DNA of 63,999 nucleotides, filler included, from an uncultured bacterium (lineage in GTDB: Bacteria; CAYSBA01), in assembly GCA_964429075.1 (NCBI GenBank). It is 9 parts of 9 records of this genome, joined end to end, with 100 filler letters (N's around TTAATTAATTAA, not from the genome) between each part and the next. Parts side by side here need not be neighbours in the genome. Positions count along the whole stretch, not along the records: positions 1 to 7,645 come from CAYSBA010000046.1; positions 7,746 to 15,345 come from CAYSBA010000047.1; 7 more parts are not named here. One strand, 5' to 3'. Made by a program: the position numbers and the translations under genes. This document shows positions 1 to 10,196 of this stretch, one piece after another. The notes under the pieces are model-generated. The model saw only the letters and a list, made by a program, of their open reading frames with translations, searched no databases and had not been told where the DNA came from. How positions within the stretch are numbered: position 1 is the first letter of the stretch; the number at the start of each line of letters is the position of its first letter.

Positions 1-1
1 G

Positions 2-52
2 GAAGGTGGCAGGACTATTGGTGCTGGCGTCGTTACTGAAATCTTAGAGTAG
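2..52 (+). CDS. tuf: Elongation factor Tu, C-terminal fragment (runs off window start)
   Basis: Frame 2 reads [16 protein letters not shown], the EF-Tu C-terminus; lies directly upstream of rpsJ. Confidence 0.93.
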   Translation, partial: EGGRTIGAGVVTEILE

Positions 53-62
53 TGGTGTACAA

Positions 63-374
63 ATGACAATAGATTACAGTAGAATGAGAATAAAACTAAA
101 GGCCTACGATCAAAAGATATTGGATAAGGCTGCTAAAGAGATAGTAAAGGCCTGCGAAAAGACAGCTGCAAAGGTTATTGGGCCAATACCTCTTCCAACT
201 AAGATAAGCCGCTATACAGTGCTTAGATCTCCACATATTGATAAAAAATCGAGAGAACAGTTCGAAATCAGGATACACAAACGCCTTATCGATATCATTC
301 AACCGAATGAAAATACGATTGAGATGTTGAAGGGCCTTGAACTTTCTGCAGGAATATCAATTGAGGTGAAATAA
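63..374 (+). CDS. rpsJ: 30S ribosomal protein S10
   Basis: [36 protein letters not shown] motifs. Confidence 0.98.
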   Translation: MTIDYSRMRIKLKAYDQKILDKAAKEIVKACEKTAAKVIGPIPLPTKISRYTVLRSPHIDKKSREQFEIRIHKRLIDIIQPNENTIEMLKGLELSAGISIEVK

Positions 375-375
375 A

Positions 376-996
376 ATGCCAACTGTAAAAGTGTACAACC
401 TAGAAGGAAAAGAAGTTGATAGCATAGAGCTTCAGGATGAAATATTTAATTGTCCTATAAATGAACATGTAATATATCTAGCTATAAAATACCAAATGGC
501 TAAAAGAAGAAGAGGTACATTAAGCACTAAGACAAGAGGAGAGGTGCGCGGGGGAGGTAAAAAACCCTTTAAGCAAAAGGGTACGGGACGTGCTCGTGCA
601 GGGTCTATCAGAAGTCCTCTCTGGCGTGGTGGTGGAATTATCTTTGGTCCAAAACCACGTGATTTTTCAATTGATCTTCCAAAGAAGGTTCGCAGGCTTG
701 CTCTAAGACAGGCTGTAGCAAGCAGATTACAGGAGAAAAGTTTCTATGTGATAGATGATTTTAAATTTGATTCACCAAAGACCAAAAAGGTTGTAAATTT
801 AATGAAGGTGTTTGAGGTAGATAAAATCTTACTTGTAGATAACAAAGACAATACCAATCTATCACTTTCAAGTAGAAATATATATAAAGCAAAGTTTCTA
901 CCACCAGAGGGCTTAAATGTATACGACATCTTGAAGTATGAGAATCTATTTGTCTCAAGAGGTGTAATAGATAAAATTACTGAGAGGATAAACTGA
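376..996 (+). CDS. rplD: 50S ribosomal protein L4
   Basis: TKTRGEVRGGGKKPFKQKGTGRARAGSIRSPLWRGGG..FGPKPR. Confidence 0.98.
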   Translation: MPTVKVYNLEGKEVDSIELQDEIFNCPINEHVIYLAIKYQMAKRRRGTLSTKTRGEVRGGGKKPFKQKGTGRARAGSIRSPLWRGGGIIFGPKPRDFSIDLPKKVRRLALRQAVASRLQEKSFYVIDDFKFDSPKTKKVVNLMKVFEVDKILLVDNKDNTNLSLSSRNIYKAKFLPPEGLNVYDILKYENLFVSRGVIDKITERIN

Positions 997-1295
997 TGGA
1001 GCTTAAACTAACAGAGGTCATTCAAGAACCATATCTTACTGAAAAGACAAATCTGTTAAGAGCTGATAATAATGTGGTGGTTTTTAAGGTACATCCTAAG
1101 GCAAACAAGATTGTAATCAAAAAAGCAGTGCAGACGATTTTTGGAGTTGAGGTAGAGGATGTTAAGGTCATTAATGTTAGAAAAAAGAGAAAAAGAGGTA
1201 AAAAAGGAATTCTCCAGAGAAAACCAGAGTACTGGAAAAAGGCCCTTGTCAAGATAAAGGAGGGTCAGACAATCGATTTCTTTGAGGGTGTGTAG
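996..1295 (+). CDS. rplW: 50S ribosomal protein L23
   Basis: P.LTEK, F.V...ANK..IK.AV..IFGVEV, WKKA.V; position in S10 operon. Confidence 0.96.
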   Translation: MELKLTEVIQEPYLTEKTNLLRADNNVVVFKVHPKANKIVIKKAVQTIFGVEVEDVKVINVRKKRKRGKKGILQRKPEYWKKALVKIKEGQTIDFFEGV

Positions 1296-2117
1296 ATGTT
1301 AAGGAAACTCAAACCAATCACAAATGGTACGCGCTTTGTTACATATGTAGATTATAGAGAGTTATCAAAGTCAAAACCTCCAAGATCTCTGATAAAAAGG
1401 CTCAAGAAAAAGGGTGGTAGAAACAACCTTGGAAGGATTACAATCCGCTTTAGGGGTGGGGGTCATAAGAAAAAATACAGACTAATAGATTTCAGAAGAG
1501 ATAAACTTAATGTGCCTGCAAAGGTTGTATCCATAGAGTACGATCCAAACCGGACCGCTTTTATTGCATTATTGAGTTATGCAGATGGAGAAAAACGTTA
1601 CATAATAGCACCTGAAGGTATGAAGATTGGAGACATTGTTAAATCGGGTTATGATGCTGAAATATTGCCTGGCAACACCCTTGAGCTGGCAAAGATTCCA
1701 ACAGGTACAATGATTCACAATATAGAATTAAAACCTGGTAAAGGTGGTCAGCTTGTCAGGTCTGCAGGCTGTTATGCAATGTTGATGGCAAATGAAGGGA
1801 ACTATGCATTGATCAGGCTTCCATCTGGTGAGATGCGATATGTTCTAAATACATGTAAGGCAACTATTGGTCAGGTTTCAAATCAAGATCACCAGAATGT
1901 ATCGATTGGTAAGGCAGGAAGAATGAGATGGATGGGTAGAAGGCCCCATGTAAGAGGGGCGGCGATGAATCCCTGTGATCATCCACATGGTGGCGGTGAG
2001 GGAAAGGCTGGTCAGGGAAATCCTCATCCTGTATCTCCATGGGGATGGCATACAAAAGGTAAGAAAACAAGGAAGAAAAAACCGAGTGATAAGCTTATCC
2101 TTAAGAGGAGGAAATAA
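1296..2117 (+). CDS. rplB: 50S ribosomal protein L2
   Basis: [38 protein letters not shown]. Confidence 0.98.
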   Translation: MLRKLKPITNGTRFVTYVDYRELSKSKPPRSLIKRLKKKGGRNNLGRITIRFRGGGHKKKYRLIDFRRDKLNVPAKVVSIEYDPNRTAFIALLSYADGEKRYIIAPEGMKIGDIVKSGYDAEILPGNTLELAKIPTGTMIHNIELKPGKGGQLVRSAGCYAMLMANEGNYALIRLPSGEMRYVLNTCKATIGQVSNQDHQNVSIGKAGRMRWMGRRPHVRGAAMNPCDHPHGGGEGKAGQGNPHPVSPWGWHTKGKKTRKKKPSDKLILKRRK

Positions 2118-2136
2118 GATATTGTAGGAGGAAAGC

Positions 2137-2415
2137 GTGGCAAGGAGTTTAAAAAAAGGACCGTTTGTTGATGAACACCTTCTGAAAAAGGTACTAAAGG
2201 CAAAGAAGGAAGGGAAAAAGACAACTATAAAGACATGGTCCAGAAGATCTACAATAGTTCCAGAGATGATAGGTCTTACAATTGCTGTACATAATGGTAA
2301 AGATTTTGTCCCTGTGTATATAACAGAAGGTATGGTGGGCTACAAGCTTGGTGAGTTTGCTCCCACCAGAACATTTAGACAACATGCTGGTGACAGAAAG
2401 GCCAAAAGACAGTAG
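2137..2415 (+). CDS. rpsS: 30S ribosomal protein S19
   Basis: [35 protein letters not shown] start after AGGA. Confidence 0.98.
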   Translation: MARSLKKGPFVDEHLLKKVLKAKKEGKKTTIKTWSRRSTIVPEMIGLTIAVHNGKDFVPVYITEGMVGYKLGEFAPTRTFRQHAGDRKAKRQ

Positions 2416-2424
2416 GAGCTAAAG

Positions 2425-2760
2425 ATGGAGCTTAATTTTAAATATAGATACGCCAGAGTTTCACCGACCAAGGCAAGAATAGTTGCAAATGCCATAAAAG
2501 GAATGAAGATTGACAAGGCCGAGGTGTATCTTGAGCTCTCGAAAAAAAAGGCCGCAAGGATAATTAAAAAACTGCTAGACAGTGCTGTTGCAAGTGCACT
2601 TGAAAATCATCAGGTGCAACCAAAGGATCTTGTCGTTAAAAATTGCAGAGTAGATAGAGGTCCTATGTACAAGAGATGGAGGCCAAGAGCAATGGGAAGG
2701 GCCACCATGATAAGAAAAAGGACCAGTCATATAACTTTAACACTACAAGAGAAGCATTAG
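2425..2760 (+). CDS. rplV: 50S ribosomal protein L22
   Basis: R.SP.KAR.VA..IKG, KR.RPRAMGRA..IRKRTSHIT. Confidence 0.97.
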   Translation: MELNFKYRYARVSPTKARIVANAIKGMKIDKAEVYLELSKKKAARIIKKLLDSAVASALENHQVQPKDLVVKNCRVDRGPMYKRWRPRAMGRATMIRKRTSHITLTLQEKH

Positions 2761-2771
2761 TAGGGGTTTAT

Positions 2772-3431
2772 ATGGGAAGAAAGGTACATCCATACGGCTT
2801 CAGACTTGGAGTTTATGAGAATTGGCAATCAAATTGGTGTGTTGATGGTGAAGATTACGGCAACTGGCTTCTGGAAGACATAGATATAAGAAAATACATC
2901 AAAGAGAAGTATTTTTCTGCAGGCATATCCAGGATTGAGATAAACAGACAGGGACATGAAGGTGAGGTTGAGATCAATATCTATTCAGCAAGACCGGGTG
3001 TGATAATTGGTGAAAAGGGATCGAAAATAGAGGAGTTGAGAAATTATGTCTCTGATAAAATAAAAAGACCTGTTCGAATAAACATCAGAGAGATAAGGAA
3101 GGCAGAGATAGATGCTCAGCTTGTTGCAGAAAATATAGCTATGCAGATAGAGAGGAGGGTGCCATACCGTCGTGTAATGAAAAAGAGTGTGGATATAGCA
3201 CTAAAACTTGGTGCAAAGGGGATCAAGGTAGCATGTGCAGGAAGACTTGCCGGTGCTGAGATTGCAAGAAGGGAGTGGTACAGAGAAGGAAGATTGCCTT
3301 TGAGTACGTTAAAATCAAAAATAAACTATGCAAAACATATTGCAAAAACAAAATATGGTGTGATCGGTATAAAGGTCTGGATATATCTCGGTGATTATGA
3401 CGAGTTAAAAAAGCACGGCAATACAATTTAA
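2772..3431 (+). CDS. rpsC: 30S ribosomal protein S3
   Basis: MGRKVHPYGFRLG start (ATG 2772 after GGGG), RPGVIIG.KG, GRLAGAEIAR. Confidence 0.98.
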   Translation: MGRKVHPYGFRLGVYENWQSNWCVDGEDYGNWLLEDIDIRKYIKEKYFSAGISRIEINRQGHEGEVEINIYSARPGVIIGEKGSKIEELRNYVSDKIKRPVRINIREIRKAEIDAQLVAENIAMQIERRVPYRRVMKKSVDIALKLGAKGIKVACAGRLAGAEIARREWYREGRLPLSTLKSKINYAKHIAKTKYGVIGIKVWIYLGDYDELKKHGNTI

Positions 3432-3442
3432 CGGAGTAAAAG

Positions 3443-3859
3443 ATGTTAGAGCCAAGAAAGGTAAAATTTAGAAGAAGACAGAAGGGACGCACAAAAGGTA
3501 AGGCAAACAGAGGTTTTAAACTGGTATCCGGTGATTTCGGTTTAAAGTGTCTTGAACCTGGATGGATTACAGCACGTCAGATAGAGGCCGCAAGGGTAGC
3601 AATAACAAGAAAGCTAAAGCGTTCTGGTAAGGTATGGATAACTATCTTCCCCGATAAACCTATAAGCAAAAAACCACTTGAAGTAAGAATGGGAAAAGGA
3701 AAAGGGCCACTTGATCACTGGGTTGCAGTAGTAAAACCTGGTCGTATAATATTTGAGATTGAGGCAACTAATGAAGAACTGGCAAGAGAGGCACTAAGAT
3801 TGGGTGCTAATAAATTGCCTCTCAAGTGCAAGGTGGTATGTCGGGAGGATATACTATGA
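3443..3859 (+). CDS. rplP: 50S ribosomal protein L16
   Basis: [27 protein letters not shown]. Confidence 0.98.
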   Translation: MLEPRKVKFRRRQKGRTKGKANRGFKLVSGDFGLKCLEPGWITARQIEAARVAITRKLKRSGKVWITIFPDKPISKKPLEVRMGKGKGPLDHWVAVVKPGRIIFEIEATNEELAREALRLGANKLPLKCKVVCREDIL

Positions 3860-4074
3860 GAATAACAGACGAATACAGACAGAGAACTGATGAAGAGTTG
3901 AAAGAGGAGTTGCGTTCTCTTGAGCAAGAGAGACTGAATCTCAGGTTTCAGAAGGTAATAGGACAGCTAGAAAATACATCAAGAATCACTCAGGTCAAAA
4001 GAAACATTGCAAGGATATTAACAATATTAAGAGAAAGAGAGCTGCAAAAAGAGAGATCTGGAGAAGAAAGATGA
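3856..4074 (+). CDS. rpmC: 50S ribosomal protein L29
   Basis: [31 protein letters not shown] 3856 after GGAGG. Confidence 0.96.
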   Translation: MRITDEYRQRTDEELKEELRSLEQERLNLRFQKVIGQLENTSRITQVKRNIARILTILRERELQKERSGEER

Positions 4075-4334
4075 AAGGTCAAAGAGGTAATAAAAAAAGA
4101 CTAAGGGGTATGGTTGTAAGCGATCGCATGGATAAATCTATTGTTGTGGAGGTCCTAACCCGTAAAAAACATAAGCGTTACAATAAATATGTAAGTGTAA
4201 AGAAAAAATTTATGGCTCATGACGAAGAAAATAGAGCAAAATTGGGTGATATAGTTGAAATAATAGAATCAAGACCCTACAGTAAGAGAAAGCGCTGGAG
4301 ATTACTTCAGGTTATAGAAAGTGAAGGAGAATAG
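4071..4334 (+). CDS. rpsQ: 30S ribosomal protein S17
   Basis: G.VVSD.MDKSIVV, AHDEEN.AK.GD.VEI.ESRP.SK.KRW. Confidence 0.97.
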   Translation: MKGQRGNKKRLRGMVVSDRMDKSIVVEVLTRKKHKRYNKYVSVKKKFMAHDEENRAKLGDIVEIIESRPYSKRKRWRLLQVIESEGE

Positions 4335-4336
4335 CC

Positions 4337-4705
4337 ATGATTACCTTTCATACAATGCTGGATGTTGCTGATAATTCTGGTGCAAAAAAGATACAATGCA
4401 TTAAAGTCCTGGGTGGAACACGCAGGCGCTATGCCTATGTTGGTGATATCATAACTGCTACAGTTAAGGATGCCATTCCAAACTCTAAGGTTGCAAAAGG
4501 CACTGTGGTAAGAGCTGTTGTAGTACGGACAAGAAAAGAGTTCAAAAGAGAGGATGGTACCTGTGTGAGATTTGACTCAAATGCAGCTGTGATCATCACT
4601 AAACAGAATGAGATAATTGGAACCAGAATATTTGGCCCTGTTCCCAGGGAGTTGCGTAAAAAGAATTTCATGAAAATAATTTCATTGGCACCGGAGGTAA
4701 TCTGA
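4337..4705 (+). CDS. rplN: 50S ribosomal protein L14
   Basis: [37 protein letters not shown]. Confidence 0.98.
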   Translation: MITFHTMLDVADNSGAKKIQCIKVLGGTRRRYAYVGDIITATVKDAIPNSKVAKGTVVRAVVVRTRKEFKREDGTCVRFDSNAAVIITKQNEIIGTRIFGPVPRELRKKNFMKIISLAPEVI

Positions 4706-5025
4706 TGAACAGGTTAAGAAAAGGTGATTTAGTAGAGATTATCTGTGGGAAAGATAGGGGTCAGCGAGGAAAGATTATTAAGATTATAACCAAAAAAAAC
4801 AGAGCAATAGTTGAGAATCTAAATTTGGTCTATAAACATCTGAAACCAAATCAGGATCCCCTTCAACCTCAGGGGGGTATTGTGAAAAGACCAGCATCGA
4901 TTCACCTGTCTAACCTCATGCCGGTTTGTACGAGCTGCAATAAACCAGTTAGAGTCTCTTATAGGGTTGAAGGTGATGATAAGATAAGGGTCTGCAGAAA
5001 ATGTGGAAGACCAATTGGTGCTTAG
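4705..5025 (+). CDS. rplX: 50S ribosomal protein L24 (C-terminal CxxC..CxxC)
   Basis: KOW motif KGD.VEII.GKDRG..GK, GGIV...ASIH.SN. Confidence 0.97.
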   Translation: MNRLRKGDLVEIICGKDRGQRGKIIKIITKKNRAIVENLNLVYKHLKPNQDPLQPQGGIVKRPASIHLSNLMPVCTSCNKPVRVSYRVEGDDKIRVCRKCGRPIGA

Positions 5026-5034
5026 GAGGTAGAG

Positions 5035-5577
5035 ATGGTGCCCAGATTATTAACAAAGTATAATGAGGAGATAGTACCTGCTTTAAAAGAGCGGTTTAAA
5101 TATAAAAATATATATATGATACCGAGAGTTGAGAAGATTGTTATCAATATGGGTCTAGGTAGAGGTGCAAGGGATCACAAGGTTATTGAGGCAGGAGTAC
5201 GCGACCTGACACTGATTGCCGGTCAGAAGGCAGTGATAACCCGTGCTAAAAAGTCAATATCTAACTTTAAAATAAGAAAGGGCATGCCTGTAGGTTGTAT
5301 GGTTACATTAAGAAGAGAAAGGATGTATGAATTTCTCGACAGGTTAATAAGTATTGCATTGCCGCGTGTCAGAGATTTTAAGGGTCTTTCACCTAATGGC
5401 TTTGATGGTAACGGGAATTATACATTTGGTATAAAAGATCAAACAATTTTTCTTGAAATTGATCAAAATAAGGTTGAACATACCCTTGGTATGAATGTAT
5501 CTATTGTGACAACAGCCAAAACCGATGAAGAAGCAAAGGCATTACTTGATATGTTCGGTATGCCGTTTAGAAAATAG
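5035..5577 (+). CDS. rplE: 50S ribosomal protein L5
   Basis: [34 protein letters not shown]. Confidence 0.98.
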   Translation: MVPRLLTKYNEEIVPALKERFKYKNIYMIPRVEKIVINMGLGRGARDHKVIEAGVRDLTLIAGQKAVITRAKKSISNFKIRKGMPVGCMVTLRRERMYEFLDRLISIALPRVRDFKGLSPNGFDGNGNYTFGIKDQTIFLEIDQNKVEHTLGMNVSIVTTAKTDEEAKALLDMFGMPFRK

Positions 5578-5589
5578 GGAGGAATAAGT

Positions 5590-5775
5590 ATGGCAAAAAA
5601 ATGTAAGATCATATCGGCCAAGAAACCAAAAAAGTTTAAGGTAAGGGAATATAACCGTTGTAGTATATGTGGTAGACCAAGGGCCTACATGAGAAAATTT
5701 AAGATGTGCAGGATTTGTTTTAAAGAACACGCACTCCGTGGCCTTATCCCTGGAGTTAGAAAGGCCAGTTGGTAA
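5590..5775 (+). CDS. rpsN: 30S ribosomal protein S14, 61-aa zinc-binding (type Z) form
   Basis: RCSICGRPR...RKF.MCRICF, G.IPGV.KASW. Confidence 0.97.
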   Translation: MAKKCKIISAKKPKKFKVREYNRCSICGRPRAYMRKFKMCRICFKEHALRGLIPGVRKASW

Positions 5776-5791
5776 GTGGTTGGAGGTAAAA

Positions 5792-6199
5792 ATGACTATG
5801 ACAGATCCTATTGCTGATCTTTTAACTCGTATTAGAAATGGCCAGATGGCAAGGCACAAAAAGGTACAGGTCCCATATTCAAGAATAAAAGATAATATTC
5901 TATCCATTTTGAAGGATGAGGGATTTATAAAAGACTACAGAAGGATTACACAGAAACCCTGTGATATCCTTGAGATCGAGCTAAAGTATTATGGTCCAAA
6001 AAAGGAAAGAAGGGGTGTTATTCATGTTATTAAGAGGGTTTCTAAACCCGGTTCGAGGGTCTATGTTTCATATGAGGATCTTCCGGATTACGTGGGCGGT
6101 TTTGGCATACAGATACTGACGACCTCAAAGGGCGTGATGACTGGTAAAAAGGCAAAGGAGCTAAAAGTTGGTGGTGAAATAATCTGTGAAGTCTGGTAG
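5792..6199 (+). CDS. rpsH: 30S ribosomal protein S8
   Basis: MTDPIADLLTRIRN, RVSKPG.RVY, TSKGVMT; ATG 5792 after GGAGG. Confidence 0.98.
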   Translation: MTMTDPIADLLTRIRNGQMARHKKVQVPYSRIKDNILSILKDEGFIKDYRRITQKPCDILEIELKYYGPKKERRGVIHVIKRVSKPGSRVYVSYEDLPDYVGGFGIQILTTSKGVMTGKKAKELKVGGEIICEVW

Positions 6200-6215
6200 T
6201 ATCAAGGAGACTGCT

Positions 6216-6755
6216 ATGTCAAAGATAGGTAACAAGCCAATTACAATTCCCGATGGAGTAGAGATAAAGGTGGAAGGTGACATAATTGTGGTAAAAGGGC
6301 CTCTTGGTGAATTGAAGAGAAACCTACGTGATGAAATCGAGGTCAGTATTGAAGAAAATATATTGAGAGTAAAAAGGAGACAGGAAACACGTCTTGCACG
6401 TTCGTTACATGGTCTATACAGAGCACTTATTGCAAATATGGTAAAGGGCGTCAAAGAGGGTTTTAAAAAAGAGCTTCTGATTGTTGGAACAGGTTACAAT
6501 TTTAAGCTTTCTGGAAGGTCTCTTGAAGTGTCTGCAGGGTACACAAGCCCTGTAAAGTTTACCCTTCCAGAGGGTGTAGAAGGTACTGTGGAAAAAAATA
6601 CAAAGCTAATATTAAAGTCTATAGACAATGAATTGTTAGGTAATGTGGCTGCTAGGATCCGGTCGATAAGACCTGTAGAGCCCTATAAGGGAAAGGGTAT
6701 AAGGTATGCTGATGAGGTGGTTTTAAGAAAGGCCGGAAAAGCGGGCAGCGTATGA
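6216..6755 (+). CDS. rplF: 50S ribosomal protein L6
   Basis: [33 protein letters not shown] 6216 after AAGGAG. Confidence 0.98.
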   Translation: MSKIGNKPITIPDGVEIKVEGDIIVVKGPLGELKRNLRDEIEVSIEENILRVKRRQETRLARSLHGLYRALIANMVKGVKEGFKKELLIVGTGYNFKLSGRSLEVSAGYTSPVKFTLPEGVEGTVEKNTKLILKSIDNELLGNVAARIRSIRPVEPYKGKGIRYADEVVLRKAGKAGSV

Positions 6756-6768
6756 TGGAGGTGGTCTG

Positions 6769-7137
6769 ATGAACAAGATTAAGAAAAAAAGAATAAAAAG
6801 ACTTCGTAAAAAGAAGAGGGTCAGGAAAAAGATCTCTGGAACACCTGAAAGACCTCGCCTTGTGGTATATCGTTCTATTAAACATATCTATGCTCAGGTT
6901 ATAGATGATACAAAAGGGCATACATTGGTTCAGGCCTCTACCTTAGAGCGTGCTCTTATGGATGAATTAAAAAACAAGACCAAAAAGGAAAAGGCAAGGA
7001 TTGTAGGTAGAGTAATCGGCAAACGTTGTATCGAAAATAAGATTGAAAAGGTTGTTTTTGATAGAAACGGCTATTTGTACCATGGTAGGGTTAAGGAGGT
7101 TGCAGAAGGTGCGAGAGAATCTGGCTTGAAATTTTAA
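6769..7137 (+). CDS. rplR: 50S ribosomal protein L18
   Basis: [32 protein letters not shown]. Confidence 0.98.
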   Translation: MNKIKKKRIKRLRKKKRVRKKISGTPERPRLVVYRSIKHIYAQVIDDTKGHTLVQASTLERALMDELKNKTKKEKARIVGRVIGKRCIENKIEKVVFDRNGYLYHGRVKEVAEGARESGLKF

Positions 7138-7148
7138 AGGAGGTTGAC

Positions 7149-7645
7149 TTGGAAAACAGACCCAAGATTAAACCAGAAGAGATTATAGAAAGGGTTGTAC
7201 AGATAAGAAGGGTTGCAAAGGTACTGAAAGGTGGAAGACGTTTTAGTTTTAGCACCCTTGTTGTAGTGGGCAACGGAAATGGACTTGTCGGTTGTGGCCT
7301 GGGTAAGGCAAGGGAGGTTCGTGATTCAATCATTAAGGGTAGGGAAAAGGCACTTAAAAATTTGATTGATGTTTCAATAGTAGATGGTACAATCCCCCAT
7401 CCAGTTAAGGCAAAATTTTGTAAAAGCGTTGTTGTGCTACTACCTGCGATGAAAGGTACAGGTGTTATAGCAGGAAGTGCTGTAAGAACAGTACTTGAGG
7501 CTGCAGGTATTCAGAATGTACTTACCAAGAGCCTCGGATCAAACACTCCTGTAAACCTTGTCAAGGCAACAATAGAAGCATTGAAACAGTTAAAAACAAA
7601 AGAGGAGTATATGAGGATAAGGGGGAAATTAAAAGAAGGAGAGGG
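7149..7645 (+). CDS. rpsE: 30S ribosomal protein S5 (3' end cut by contig edge)
   Basis: [31 protein letters not shown]. Confidence 0.97.
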
Positions 7646-7745
7646 NNNNNNNNNNNNNNNNNNNNNNNNNNNNNNNNNNNNNNNNNNNNTTAATTAATTA
7701 ANNNNNNNNNNNNNNNNNNNNNNNNNNNNNNNNNNNNNNNNNNNN
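7646..7745. other. Artificial contig linker (44N-TTAATTAATTAA-44N)
   Basis: 100 bp containing an all-frame stop spacer. Identical linkers at 15346-15445, 23016-23115, 30636-30735, 38252-38351, 45795-45894, 53337-53436 and 60876-60975; a separate 10-N gap at 32706-32715. Confidence 0.99.
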
Positions 7746-7747
7746 TT

Positions 7748-10144
7748 GAGATAGGCTTAAGTGGAAGAGGGGCTGTCTTTGACGCATCGGTAAATCCAGG
7801 ATCAATAGACTTTGGACAGGTAATCCTCGATACCGATTATACCGAAGATGTCACTATAACCAATACTGGCTCAGGAACCGTGTATGTAGACAATATCTAT
7901 CTTGATCAAAACAGCTCAAACGATTTTCATCTTACAGGTGTACCACAAGACATCTCAACAAATCCTGTCAACCTCTCACCAAACAATACATTTACATTTT
8001 CTGTAAACTACAACACCCACGATTTTGGTGATGACACAGGTACTATCATTATCAACACAAACTCTGGCAATTTTCAGATACCTTTAAGTGGAAGTGGGAC
8101 ATCCTGTCCGGAAACCTACTATAACATAAACAACGATCCCTCTGATGGCTGTGAATACTACTGTAATCCACAGGCTCCGGGCCAGGAGGTGTGTGATGGT
8201 GAAGACAACGATTGCAACGGCACAATTGATCTCGACTCACAGGGCGAGCCACTTACTGAATCCTGTTACAGTGGACCTGCAGGCACAGAGGGTGTGGGAG
8301 AGTGTAAGGCCGGTACCAGGGTATGCATAAATGGGTCCTTTGGTGATTGTATTGGCGAGGTCACCCCCATTCAAGAGAGTTGCAACAACAAGGATGACGA
8401 CTGTGATGGTCAGATCGACAATGGTGTCACATTTACCTTCTATAAAGATTACGACAACGATGGATACGGTGATCCAGATAACTCCATTGAGGCCTGCGCA
8501 GCTCCTTCGGGATACGTAGCTGACAACAGGGATTGTGATGATAAAAACAATGCAATAAATCCGGGCGCACAGGAGATTTGTAACAATAAAGATGACGACT
8601 GTGACGGTAGTATAGATGAAGGTCTTTTGAATACCTACTATAAAGATGCAGATGGTGACGGTTACGGTGTTGATTCAGATACAAAAGAGGCATGCAGTAA
8701 ACCAGCCGGATACAGCACCCAGAAAGGCGACTGTGATGACTCAGATCTTCTCATCCATCCATGGGCACAGGAAGTTTGCAACGGCAAGGATGATAACTGT
8801 GATAACAATGTAGATGAAGGAGGTGTCTGTCCGACCTACAATTACTACTGCGATAGAGATTCAGATGGATACTATGCAGAAAATATATCTGGTACCTGCA
8901 GCAGCTATAACTGTGTACCACAGGGTTGCATAACCACAAAGGGAGATGATTGTAATGACAACGATGCAGCAATCAATCCTGGAGCTACAGAAACATGTAA
9001 CAACAAAGACGACAACTGTAATGGTAGTGTTGATGAGGGAGTCACCACTACATACTACAGGGATAGTGATGGTGATGGCTACGGCAATCCGAATAGCAGT
9101 ATACAGGCCTGCACCAATCCCGGTGGTTATACAACCGATAATACAGACTGTAATGATTCTGATGCATCAATCCATCCATATGCACAGGAGGTATGCAACG
9201 GCAAGGATGACAATTGTAATAATCAGACAGACGAAGGAGGTGTCTGTCCTCTTGTCAGCTATTATTGTGACGCAGATTCTGACAACTACATATCAGAAAC
9301 TGTATCTGGTACATGCAGCAGTTATAACTGCGTACCACAGGGATGCTCAACCACCAAAGGTACTGACTGTGACGATGCTGATGCGACAATAAACCCCGGA
9401 GCACCAGAGATATGCAATGGTCAGGATGAAAACTGCAACAATCAGATAGACGAAGGGGTATTAAATACCTATTATGCAGATTTAGACTCCGACGGCTATG
9501 GTAATCCAAACGATACAATTCAGGCATGTATACTTCCAAATGGCTATGTTACAAATGCACTGGATTGCAATGATCAAGACAGTACTATAAACCCATCAGC
9601 CACAGAGGTATGTGACGGTATTAACAACGATTGTGACTCCCTGACAGATGAAGATGTACAAGATGACTACGAGCCAAACGATACATCAAATGACGCACCC
9701 TATTTTGGATGTTTTTGTGATACTACAGGTTGTTCAAATTGTCAGGATGATATTGGTGTATACTGGACACCACAAAACTCCACCACAATACACAACTCAA
9801 CAGATATTGACTGGTACTATTTTTATGCACAGGAGGAGAGCTGGAGTTCAACAATGTATGTGGACGTAACTTTGTCTGGTATCCCTACTGGTGCTAATTA
9901 TGACTTATATGTAGTTTTCAAAAATGCAGCTTATTGTAATATACTCGCCGGCAGTGGAGGCTGGAACGGTAGCGATTGTGAATGCTACTCAACCAATGCA
10001 GGAAATGCTGATGAATGGTGTGAAATGGATGTAGATGATGCAGGAGGCGGTAATAGCTCTGGACTTGTCTATATCAAGGTCTACCCATCGAGTGGATATA
10101 GAAGCTGCTATGACTATAATGTATCCTGGAGAGTCTCTCATTAG
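7748..10144 (+). CDS. Large Cys/Asp-rich surface protein: Ig-like (choice-of-anchor D/ASH) domain, 8 MopE-like repeats, C-terminal PPC-like domain; 5' truncated
   Basis: Frame is open from the contig edge (EIGLSGRG..PGSIDFGQV..VTITNTGSG). Repeats of NPGA.E.CN.KDD.C.G..DEG and YY.D.DGDGYG; tail has DDYEPND, D.DWY and NYDLYV. Confidence 0.85.
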   Translation, partial: EIGLSGRGAVFDASVNPGSIDFGQVILDTDYTEDVTITNTGSGTVYVDNIYLDQNSSNDFHLTGVPQDISTNPVNLSPNNTFTFSVNYNTHDFGDDTGTIIINTNSGNFQIPLSGSGTSCPETYYNINNDPSDGCEYYCNPQAPGQEVCDGEDNDCNGTIDLDSQGEPLTESCYSGPAGTEGVGECKAGTRVCINGSFGDCIGEVTPIQESCNNKDDDCDGQIDNGVTFTFYKDYDNDGYGDPDNSIEACAAPSGYVADNRDCDDKNNAINPGAQEICNNKDDDCDGSIDEGLLNTYYKDADGDGYGVDSDTKEACSKPAGYSTQKGDCDDSDLLIHPWAQEVCNGKDDNCDNNVDEGGVCPTYNYYCDRDSDGYYAENISGTCSSYNCVPQGCITTKGDDCNDNDAAINPGATETCNNKDDNCNGSVDEGVTTTYYRDSDGDGYGNPNSSIQACTNPGGYTTDNTDCNDSDASIHPYAQEVCNGKDDNCNNQTDEGGVCPLVSYYCDADSDNYISETVSGTCSSYNCVPQGCSTTKGTDCDDADATINPGAPEICNGQDENCNNQIDEGVLNTYYADLDSDGYGNPNDTIQACILPNGYVTNALDCNDQDSTINPSATEVCDGINNDCDSLTDEDVQDDYEPNDTSNDAPYFGCFCDTTGCSNCQDDIGVYWTPQNSTTIHNSTDIDWYYFYAQEESWSSTMYVDVTLSGIPTGANYDLYVVFKNAAYCNILAGSGGWNGSDCECYSTNAGNADEWCEMDVDDAGGGNSSGLVYIKVYPSSGYRSCYDYNVSWRVSH
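8765..9370 (+). repeat. Intragenic duplication with 417-bp (139-aa) period
   Basis: gcacagga.gt.tgcaacggcaaggatga...gaaggaggtgtctgtcc...tatctggtac.tgcagcag.tataactg.gtaccacaggg occurs at 8765 and 9182. Confidence 0.85.
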
Positions 10145-10153
10145 CCAGATTTC

Positions 10154-10182
10154 TTGACAAGCTGATTTATCTGACTTAATCT
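10154..10182 (+). promoter_or_regulatory. Putative sigma70 promoter
   Basis: TTGACA-17-TAATCT upstream of the AAGGAGG RBS and ATG 10197. Confidence 0.55.
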
Positions 10183-10196
10183 TGTTACAAGGAGGT

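Noticed and set aside
7690..7701. Recurring TTAATTAATTAA palindrome as a biological repeat
   Set aside because: Always centred in N runs; it is an artificial all-frame stop linker
8180..9660. Regularly spaced repeats as a CRISPR array or DGR template/variable repeat pair
   Set aside because: The repeats are in-frame protein modules diverging mostly at third codon positions; no unique spacers, cas genes or reverse transcriptase
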